Assembly (NCBI GenBank): GCA_012295275.1
Contig: CM022673.1
Coordinates: 18,972,001-19,036,000, forward strand
Length of the DNA stretch: 64,000 nt
Source of the DNA: Chrysomallon squamiferum
Lineage: Eukaryota > Animalia > Mollusca
Reading direction: 5' to 3'
Within the stretch, counting starts at the first letter, position 1. The number at the start of each line of letters is the position of its first letter. The notes beneath the pieces were generated by a model, which ran no database searches, was not told the origin of the DNA, and saw only the letters and a list, made by a program, of their open reading frames with translations. A program made the translations under genes and the position numbers. Positions 53,601 through 64,000 of the stretch are shown piece after piece.

Positions 53601-56600
53601 TAAGGCACATGCAAAATGACATTGCAAAGTGTGAGAAACTGAAGTTTTTCGTGAGTACCCTAGATCTATTTCCAGTCAACTTAAATAAAGATGATTGGAT
53701 CAAAAATATTCCCTTTTCTTCAATAGAAAATAAATTCTCATAATAAGTATCCAAACCTGTATGAGACCAGTTTACCAGAATGCAACAACCATGGATGGAG
53801 AAAACACTTGTATATTGCTATAAGCACCAGACATAACAACATGCAGAGTAGGAATTATCAGTAATAAAAATACATGAACATTAAAATACATTTTCTGTTG
53901 ATCAGCAAGCAAGTATGCGGAAAACCCAGTATGAACCCTAGCTGTGGCTGCAGCACCACTGTCAGTCATAAGTCACATAGGTAAACTTTTTTTTTCAATA
54001 ACATGCTCACTTCCATCCAGCTATTCTCAATTCCAGCAATTGCCTAGCATTTGGAATGTCAGAAGCAGTTGTATGCACATTCCTGTCCTACAAAAAATGA
54101 AATATATTTATACAGTGGTACCTTGACTTACGAGTTTAATTTGTTCCATGACCAAGCTCATAACTCAATTTGGTCATATAACAAATCAATTTTCCCAACT
54201 GAAATTAATTGAAATATTATTAATCCATTCTAGCCCCCCCCAAAAACAACCACATTTTTTTTTTGTTGTTTCCTGTTTTTAAATAAGAAAAATGTATTTA
54301 TAAATGACAAATATTGTATAAAAACAAAATAAAAGAGAATGTAAAGAAATAAATTGGTTTTGTAAAGTGTATTTATCTTGGAGATCAGACAAATTATTTT
54401 AACACCTTTGGTTGGAGTTACAGCCTTTATTGACTCCTTCTGTTTCAGTATGGTACATGTGGTAGAAGTACTATGCTGCATATCTTAGAACCACTATGCT
54501 TGTACTGACTAGCCAAGTTGACTACATGCTCACCTTGCTCATGTTTTTCTATGATTTCATGCTTTAATTCAGTGGACATCATCCACTTCTTCTTCTCAGC
54601 ACTGTCCATTTCACTTTCTTTCTTACGATCCATGGTCAGAAAAAAGAAATTTGGCAAAATACTGCTCAAAACACAAACACAACACAACAGAAATGCTTCC
54701 GCGGTGAGTGAGACATGGGATGCTGGGCGGTAGTTGTGTTGTTTGTTGTCCCAACTAGCGGCTTCGAATCTGAAGCTCACTCATAACTTGGATTTTGGCA
54801 CAACTCAAAGCAAAATATTGACCAAGTGACTGCTAGTAACTTGGAACACTTTAAGTTGGGGCACTCTTAAGTCAAGGTACCACTGTATATGTATATATAT
54901 ATATATATATATACACACACAGCAGTTTTTGCATCTTGGTTTGGTTGCTTATAAAAAGTTTTGTTTAACAATAATATGACTATAAGTATTACAAGTGCAG
55001 CAGTTGTGTATATTTGCTATATGTATCTTTTCGTGGGACTGTACTATAAACTGATATTGTTAACAGAACATCTTATATCTGACTAATAGAACATTTATTA
55101 GAATCTGTGGCTGAATGCATTTCACAGTTTCCATTGGATACCTGCAGTTTGTAGGTAAAACATTTAATTTTGTAAACAAAATTTAAAAATAATGTTTTTA
55201 GGTTATTATTATTATTATTTTTTTTTTTTTCTTAAATTGAAAAAAAAAACACCAAAAAAGAAACAACCCCAAAACCATTTATTTTGTTTTGTTTTTATTT
55301 TAATTATATTTAATAAAATATTACAATCATTCTTAGTAGCAGATATTGATCATATTGACATGATTTATATATTGAAAGATTAAATGGCAGGAATTATTGC
55401 TCTCTGCTTGTTTGAAGGTCTGTAAGTACAGACATTTTTAAAAAGAAAAACTAAACAAAATCAATTTTACAAATTATAATTTTTTTTTTTTTTTTTTTAA
55501 AGATTTCAATGATATATTTCTAATTTCTTTCCTGGATAAGTTTTCCTAAGCACATTAAAGACCTTTCTCATGTTGTACATTTGTCAAATATTATTTCTAT
55601 GATTTAGCAAATAACTGGCAAGAAGAATAATCCAGGTAACACTCTATCATTGTTTAAAAGCCCAGTGAAAACAAACTATTTCCCAGGAAGCAATCCTTAA
55701 ATATAAATATTACAAGTTTGATGATCCATTCATGTTTACCAAGTCTTGATTTAACCCAGTCAGTCTGGAAAATGAGAAAACTGCTGGTATTAGCAGGTGC
55801 CTTTAACTGCTGAAACTGTCTCAGGTTTATAAAAAAATAAAAACAGGGGGAAAAAAGAAAAACAAAAGAAGGAGAAAAGGAGTGAACTGTTCCTGGCTTA
55901 CTAGTCTTAGTATTCCACTGTTTTAGTGTGTCTAATATCTAGGACATTATTATTACTAAATTCATTGCATTTTTATTGTTATTTTGATTATCTTAGTGGT
56001 TTATTTGTGATATTTCAATTGAATGACAACACTTTTATATCAACTTTTATCACAAAAACATAATACTATTAATTTAAAATATGAAAATGTTACTTTTTAA
56101 ACTTTTTTTTAGAAAGGTACATAGCTCTCTTGTTTGACAGATGAAAATTAGGCCAATCAGTGAAGTCTTTGTGTTCAGAATGTCAACAGTGTGGATATAA
56201 TGCATGCCCAGATAGTAAATAATTTGAATGATGTGTTATCGCTGAAATAACTCATTACTATTAGAAGACTAAATCCTACATTTTGCTGTACAGGTGCAGT
56301 TTGAAATAAGAACACACCTTGTTGAAAGTGTCTGTTACTGAATTTAATTATTTTCAGTGTAAACAGATGATGTGTTCCCAATAACCAAGTGTGGAAAGGA
56401 AGATTATCTACTTCATCCGATAAATCTGTTGCCAAACCTGTTAGTTTACTCATAGTGTGACAAAGGATAGGCTGCAGTTGTGTCACATCTCATGTATTTG
56501 ACATGATATTTCATATCCCATAAGATGTGTTTCCTAGAGTTAACCAATTAAAATGGTTTTTTATTTTATGAATATGCTACTAAAATGGTTATCTTTACTA

Positions 56601-59600
56601 ACTGGATGGTTTTTATGGATTTCTTCACAATAGTTAACAATGATTTGATATCGACAAATATATTATTACAAATGATGAAACATCTTTCTTCAAGTAAGTG
56701 CAGATCTCAGGAATCAAGTCCCCAAAAAGTGTCTAAAGAGGTTAGTAAATTCAGAATAGAAAAGACATTTATTACTGTTACTGATATCGTTTTTTATTTT
56801 AATAATATTTAATAATAAATGTATACTTATTTAGGCCTAACCATCTAGACACATTACATCTGATCTTGAAAGTATTTGATAGGGTCGGATTGTTTCAAAT
56901 TAATGATATAAATTTTCTCTCTCTGTATTTGTATATAAAAACAGAATATCTCACAAAAATATTTTTAGGTAATAATTGTGCTAATAACATTTATGCAAGG
57001 TATTAATCCTATATGTTTTGCTGAATAAAATGTAAATCTTTTTAAATCTTTTTAAAAGTAAAATAAAATTAAGATGACATCATATTCTCAGTCAAATTAC
57101 ATATTAATGTAATAAGATATCAGTACATTTTGTGATGCACATATATGTCATTTGTATATATATATAAATATATATACTTTTTTTTTTAATGGGCATTAAA
57201 CATATTCAGCTGTGTATGATTTGTATATAATATGTTGTTTCTTGAGGGAAATCAAAATGATATAAGCAGTTTACCAGAAATTGTCTTTGAATCAGTGTAA
57301 CAATAACTGTATATTTGTAATTTTAATAGATAATTTAAATTCATGCACCATAATTTTCTGGGTGACTGGAAAAAGTCACAAAATGTATGGGTTTGTAGAG
57401 TTGTGGCTTTATAGCATGGGGTAATTCTTAAGCTTATTGATTAGGCTAGATTAAAGAAAGGGGCTTTATATTGGGTCTAGCTTGGGTTTAGCTTACTGAT
57501 TATGATAGATTTAAACTAAGGGCTTCCTATTGTAAATGATTTATAAAATGTCCCAGGTTAAAATGGGTTTCAGTATATATTCTCCAACTTGCTCTAATAT
57601 CAGAAGTATGTTTAATACGGAAGTTATTCATAGCAATAAGGGTGATAACAAAATCTGTTATGAGGAGTTCATGTATTACAAACATAGAAGTTGCAAAACA
57701 AGTTTGTGGTGGAAATGTGACCAAAAAATCTAGCTGCAGTTGTCGAGGTTCAGTGAGAACAGTCTTACAGACAGAGCCTTGAGGACCGCAATTTGTGACT
57801 GTGGCAGAATTTCTTCATGGTATTGGGTGGAACATCCTCCTAAACCACCAACATTAAAATCAAAGAACATGTGATTCATCTATCTTTCATTTCTAATAAA
57901 AAATTGTGATTTTTTTCCTGTAACAGTTTTTCCTAGAACCAATTTTCTGTCCTCAGTATTAAATGGAATGCATTATGTTCAGCGAATCTCAGAATCCATT
58001 ACAAAGGAAAAAAAAAATAATAATAAGTAAACATGGACATTTACACAGACAGATGTAGTATGATTTCAGTATAGAGGTTGACATTTTAAGGCACAAATTC
58101 AAAATTGTGTTAATTACACAATTCACTTAATTAAAGTTTGTTGAGGTATAATTGTTTGATTAAGGAGGCAATTACTTCTGACTGATTATGAACATCAAAG
58201 GCATAAAATGTGTTTCAGATACAGGTGTTAAATACTAATTACAGTATAACTCTAGGATAACTACTAATTATTTCTCATTTTATTGGTGAACAATTGTTTG
58301 TACACACACATGCACACCTCCTCCACATACACATACAGCAGTGTATGAGTTTGAGAAAACGGCCATTGTCTACGATATAAAACTTTATTATGAACATGTA
58401 AATTAACTCTTGTTTCAGATTGTTACTTTTTTTTATTTCATATAGTTAAATAGAAAATTCTGTTAAGTATTAAATAAATCAGAACATAAAGAAAGGAGAC
58501 ATAATGTATGCTCAGAGAAATATCTTGACATGGAAAATAAAGGCAAGTGCTGGTATATTATTCATATTGAACTAAATACTTCTGATTTAGAATTTATAAC
58601 TGTCCCTTGTGACACTGTAATAATGAAATAAATGCATTCCTTCTGGTATTGTCAACATAATTTCATAACCCCCATGGTTAAAATTTGGTACATATTATGC
58701 ATGTCCATGCTTTCCATTTATAATATATGTTACATTTTTCGGTATATCAGCTGGGACACATCAAGGTATGTGATTAACAGTTAAAAAAACAAATAAAAAA
58801 AAACTTCAGGTTTTTATGAATCTTGTCAACATTAAATTTTATTTACCAGTTGTCTAATTTAAAACTATTCATGAGTAAGTACTAATCAAGTTTTTTAATG
58901 ACATGCTTTTAATATTGTTTTATCAGTGCATTTATCCATCAGTCCATTTGTTCATCCATCCAGTTTTTTAATAGTTTTAGCAGTTAAACAAAATATATTG
59001 GATCTTCAAACATACCATAAAGAACAGTATGATTCATATACCTTGTTTGGAGATGTATCATGATATGCTTCACTGACAGGTCTGTTTTGTGGTGATTATA
59101 TCTGAAAAGAAGCCCTACATTAATCTTCACAGGAATAACTGGTTTTGTTGACTTAGCCTGTTATTTAACTTGGAAATAGAACTATTAGCCAGTCTGTGGT
59201 AGCAAAGTACATTACAACAAAATACAATCATTATTTCATAGCAGATTTAAGAGACAACAGTATTTCACATATCTTGTCGCAGAAAATGTACATTTTTCTC
59301 AAATATTAATATTTAAAATGCAACAAATAAATAAATAAAATAATAATAATAATAAAAGCTCTTACAACACATATAACTTGTGATAATATCTTTGTTTGGC
59401 TAATAGCCATTACTTCCTGCTTGGATCTGAAATTGGATCATTTGTGTTATTCTGCATTATATAAATAAACATTGGATTGAACTACCTGGTTCAGATGTTT
59501 TTTTCTTAACTCCACTCTGATATCAATTTGTTTAGTTGATTCACGTTTTAAAATAAACATGTCTGAGGAAGGTATTTCTTTGGACAGTGGTCACATACAA

Positions 59601-62600
59601 TTAAATAGTGAGTGGTCAGGTTCTCTAACAAATGTTCATATTTTGTGTTTACAGGTAAGACATTCAGGGTTAGCTAATTCTAAAATAGGCAGATATTTAA
59701 ATTAATCAATTATTTCTTATATATTTCTTAGATAATACTATGGATGGTTTTATTTTATTTTATTGATAGATGTATGCAAAAGATTTTTTTGAAATAGTCT
59801 CAGTTTTATAAAATAAATACTAAATCGTTAATAGGCATACATTTTCTTTTTATATAGATGATACTAAGTGTGTTGTGTTTGGTACATGTAGATAAGGTCA
59901 TGGTTTATACCAGTTGGCTGACTTACAGATTTAGACATTTTAATGATAGCTATCTTACTATGTGATGTAAAAACAGGTGTGTTTCATGTTCTGCAATACA
60001 GGCTACTGGAAAGAAGATTAATTTGCAGGTTTATCAGATAGATCTTGTTTTAAATTCTTTTTCAGGGTCATGATGGATTTGAGGAATTGAGGAAGTACAT
60101 TAAGCATGGAAATGATTTTTCAAAAGAATTGTCTGCAATCATGCATGAAAGGTACATAAAACTTGATTTATTATTAGTAAAGTTCTACATTTATTTTATT
60201 TTTGTATTTATTATTTAAATAATAATATTAGTAATATCCATGAACAATACTATCTTTTAAATATTAAAAAAATCAGTAGTTATTTTAGTTATTATTTTAA
60301 TTTTTAATAAATATCTATATTTCAGGTCAGAATTGGAAATTAGTTATGCTAAAACTTTATCAAAGCTGGGATCAAGGTTAGCAAAAGCAGCAGGCAGTGG
60401 TATTGGGTAAGGATTAGTAATATTTTTACATATTAGTGGAAAATATAATATTTTGCTTTTAATTTGTTTTGTAGTTTTGTTTCACCCATAGTCACTAATT
60501 CAGTGATTCTTAACAATTTTTTCAGTACCTATATTCAAATTATTTTGAAGGTTGGCATCTTTTAGGTTAACTTGTTCAGTGATAATGAATTATGTCATGA
60601 AGTTATAAACTTTAATAAATATATCACATTTATAATACTTTCTGTATTTTCACAGTACTTAAAAGGAATGCCAGATTGAGAATCACTGCTTTAATATTTG
60701 TGAATAAAAATGTTTTTCTTATTATTTTTCTGAAATTTAAACTGTAGTAAGTCATTTCAGTACCCTTTTTCAAATTATTTTGAAGGTTGGCATCACCTAG
60801 GTTAAATTGTACAGTGATAGTTAATTTTGTCATGAAGTTATAAACTTTCAAAAAATTTAAAACATTCACAATTCTTTCTGTATTTTCTGTTGTCTTTTGT
60901 AGGAACACATTAACACCTAGCTGACATCAGATTAATGGGTGTGATTTCATGTTTATCTGTTTCTGGCACTTGGCCACTGGCCTACTAATACTAATACAGT
61001 ACATCCTTCTGTAATAATTTCTACCACTTATGTTAACTAGAACCAATTTCACAGTACAAAAGTTTCTTATAAAAATCATTTATACATTTATAAGATATTA
61101 ATAAGCCTTTTAAATACATATATACAGATATAAATTTCTATAATTATTATTCATATTATGGGTATCTGAAAACATAAATACAGTATTGAGACATTTATAT
61201 TTAAAGAAAAGAATAACAGCTATCATAGAGATACAAATAGCAGCACATTAAATTAACAATTATACACAGTCTAAGTATTGATATCAGTAACATTACCCCA
61301 CACATCCAGTGTCACCACCTGGACAGACATAATATGTATCAGCTCATTGCTGAGATAATTCATTGGGTATCAGTCATGTTTATTTTTAAATCTGTTTCCA
61401 TATGAAAACTGATACAGATCACATTAATTATTATAAATTGTAACCATTGTTATTTGAAATTGTGCCAAGGCATTTAATAAATTGTGTGCTAGTGTATTCA
61501 AAATAAATGGAACTCCACAAGTAATATAATTATTGTCTCATTTTTTATTATATAATATATTAATTATTCTATTTAGTAGACATTAAAATGAAAGCAGTAA
61601 GCCTAAATTAAGTACTGACCTCAGCTGATGTTTAACATATATAAGTAAAACCATTATTAACCAAATATAAAAATGCTTACTTTCACTTACATGTCATGTC
61701 AAGTCCTGTCATGTCAAGTACCAGAGTGTAATCCTTGCTTTCTGAGAAGGTTTTCCCCTTTAAATTCTAGGCAGCAATTGGCTGCCATATGTGGTCCTGT
61801 CACATTAATACAGTCCCCAGTGCTAACAAAACATCAAACAGGAAGCAGTCATCTTAACCTATCTTACTCCCTCCAATTTTTTTTATGAACTAATTACTTT
61901 AAAAACATTAATTACTTATCTTTATAAAATAGGAAACAGTGGTTATTATTTTTCTATTCTACAGTTAAAATGGAAATGCAATATAAAATACTACTACAGA
62001 ATTGAATTAACAAATACGTACCACAAAATGTCGAAGAACTATATTTTTGCAATAGTTTTCAATGTTTCACTTTCAACACATTTGGACAAGAGCTGATGAG
62101 TATTTGAATATTTGAATACTTTTATTACATATCCACATCACTCTAAATTGATCCCCTTTTTCTCTATTGTTTTTTGTTGGTTTTTTTGTGAGAAAAACAG
62201 TCATATTTCAAACTTGAAGATCCTTTTCAAACATTTAATATTCCCTTTTTTTTTAAATTATTGATATGAGAAAGCAGTTTTTACATGTAATGAACAGGCA
62301 AAATAGAGTTTGGTATTTTTGTTTTGTTTACAGAAGTCTGGCTGATGGCTGGAAGGCTGTTGCCACTGCTATGGAACAAGAAGCAGAACTTCACAAGTGA
62401 GTATGATTAAGTAAATATAGAATCATAAAAGTGTTAGTTTTTTAAATTATTCTTTCACACAGATCATTCAAATTAGTGATTTACATATACACAATTTTTT
62501 TTTTTTTTTTTGGTATTTATAACTTTATTTCTTTTATAATTTAGGTGTAATATCTTCCATTCTTCTCTCAGCAGGTTTGTTTGAATCACAGATGAAAAGA

Positions 62601-63846
62601 TCTCTTAATTCAAATCAAATTATACAGTCAAATGCTTTTTTTTATACATATATATATATAAAATAAGCACTTCTGTTTATTTTTATTTTTAGAAATCTTG
62701 GTTCTGGGTTAATAGAAGAAATAGGAAAACCTGTTAAAGGTTTGATTGAATCTCAAAGTAAAGCCAGAAAACCAGTAAGCCACTAAATCCTTAACAGATT
62801 AATAATGTTATTATTTATTTAACACTGTTTTATGTAAATTCTTATCTGGATATTTTTACTATTATATATATATATAATAGTATTTTAACTTCTTCAAGAA
62901 CAATTAACATAAACATATTTTACATAAAAGCTGTAAGACATTTCTTATTACTGTATATTATCATTTTTACTGTATACTTTGTACATTGACTTCTTTTTCA
63001 ATTTTTAAATTTCTTCACAATAAACAGATGTAGTTTATAACTCTAAAATGTTTTGATGTTAATGAACAGTGTATTTGCTCCAACATTTTATTGTTTCCAT
63101 TTCAGGTTGAGTCAATGGTAGACAAAGCCTATAAGAATCTTACTGACAGAAGAGCTGAAGAATACCGAGTAAGAGACAAATATTAATACAATTATTATTT
63201 TCCCAAAAACTGTAACCAAACTGTTTTACACCTAGTACTTTGCGATAATGCTGTATTAGGTTAGAAATGTGATATAAAAGATTATTAAGTACTGAATCTA
63301 GACATGAACTAAAGTAATTGCATTAACATTAATATCAATAAATCTCTAAATCTGATGTGTCATTGCAGGCTAAAAAACAATGCTATTCCTGTGCAAAGGA
63401 GTATGAGAAAGCAGAAGATGCATCAACTGATGCTAAAGGTGGCAAACCTAAAGATATGACCAAAGTAAGTGGCCAAATCTAAGTGTGGTTTGCTGGAAAG
63501 TGAATTTTAACTTTGTCTATTGAAGTCTAAAATACTTTTGCTTTAAATGGGTATTACACTGGAATTGCTAGGATATCAATAACAATATATTATTTGAAAA
63601 CACTCATCCATTCACACCGCTCAGTTACTGAATTCACTTTATTTACTCAAAATTTTAGTCTTTCAGGATTTTTCTTCCTTAAAATGTACAGAATGGTAAT
63701 GCATTTAATTACACGTTTGTCATTTTCAGATTGAAAAACGATGCAAACATTCCCTATCTGCTGTTACGAAGGCTGATAAAGACTACACAGAGTTAAGTTA
63801 CAAAGCAGAGTCAGTGAGGCAAGACTGGGATCTTACAGTGTGCAAG
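41431..63846 (+). CDS. NOSTRIN: NOSTRIN-like F-BAR domain protein, 5' part (gene continues beyond the window)
   Basis: Exons 41431-41457 (MAQFKDSFK), 60066-60151, 60326-60406, 62334-62396, 62693-62774, 63106-63168, 63369-63464, 63730-63846 join in frame. The translation GHDGFEELRKYIKHGNDFSKELSAIMHERSELEISYAKTLSKL...SLADGWKAVATAMEQEAELHK...KP is an FCH/F-BAR helix pattern closest to Nostrin. The first-exon link spans an 18.6-kb intron and is inferred. Confidence 0.85.
44400..44810 (-). mobile_element. Possible highly decayed 3' end of a LINE (RTE-like)
   Basis: GC-richer patch. The minus strand gives fragments such as LARMP, reminiscent of RTE ORF C-termini. No continuous frame. Confidence 0.25.
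51939..52680 (+). mobile_element. Internally deleted Tigger/pogo element (non-autonomous), copy A
   Basis: Right end AAACTCTTAAGTCAAGGAACCACTG, degenerate left end TAGCAGTTCCATGAGTTATGAG. Retains the transposase N-terminal HTH (DSAEKKKWMMSIELKNEITEKHE). Confidence 0.85.
54113..54885 (-). mobile_element. Internally deleted Tigger/pogo element, copy B (same family as A, inverted)
   Basis: TA flanks. TIR CAGTGGTACCTTGACTTA is perfect at both ends. The minus-strand ORF piece MDSAEKKKWMMSTELKHEIIEKHEQG is homologous to copy A. Confidence 0.92.
57361..57940 (+). mobile_element. Mini Mutator-like (MULE) element, internally deleted FLYWCH-transposase derivative
   Basis: Perfect 9-bp target-site duplication AATTTTCTG (57352-57360 and 57941-57949). 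GG...CC termini with imperfect TIR (GGTGACTGGAAAAAGTCACA vs revcomp GGTTCTAGGAAAAACTGTTACA). Encodes FLYWCH-like EVIHSNKGDNKICYEEFMYYKHRSCKTSLWWKC..CRGSVRT joined to a MULE-type C-terminus VAEFLHGIGWNI. Confidence 0.8.
60520..60890. repeat. Diverged direct duplication of about 130 bp with a period of about 237 bp in a NOSTRIN intron
   Basis: TTTCAGTACC..TTCAAATTATTTTGAAGGTTGGCATC..GTCATGAAGTTATAAACTTT occurs at about 60520 and about 60756. Confidence 0.85.
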
Positions 63847-64000
63847 GTAATAACACTAACTGATGTAGTTCAGATGTAGTTCTTTGATGATGATATTGTA
63901 AGATCAGTCCTCTTGAGCCTGGCTGTTGGGCTGTGTAATGTTCCATCAAATACCATACCAGTGTTTTATGTTAAATATAAGTTTTGTTTACTTGTGAAAG

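Noticed and set aside
56140-56755. Exon-like, partly Cys-rich segments and the 103-aa minus-strand ORF
   Set aside because: Stops interrupt every plausible spliced frame and no family is recognisable. Probably decayed repeat sequence.

Overview
AT-rich, microsatellite-rich animal genomic DNA with GT-AG introns, probably from a lophotrochozoan such as a mollusc (inference only). Five protein-coding genes were reconstructed by hand: a FMRFamide-receptor-like rhodopsin-class GPCR with an intronless CDS (-), NSUN6 (-, 11 coding exons), ABCF2 (+, 14 coding exons), PTGES3/p23 (-, 8 coding exons) and the 5' part of a NOSTRIN-like F-BAR gene (+, runs off the window). NSUN6/ABCF2 and PTGES3/NOSTRIN are two head-to-head pairs. 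The window also holds a tRNA-Ile(AAT), Tigger/pogo, Mutator and L1/Tx1-type remnants, and a 31-bp minisatellite. The most interesting signal is two near-identical box C/D RNAs in ABCF2 introns 5 and 7. They are complementary to the 5' end of U2 snRNA and look like invertebrate homologues of SNORD89. An H/ACA candidate lies in the same host gene, and the NOSTRIN-like gene has several in-frame alternative first-exon candidates.
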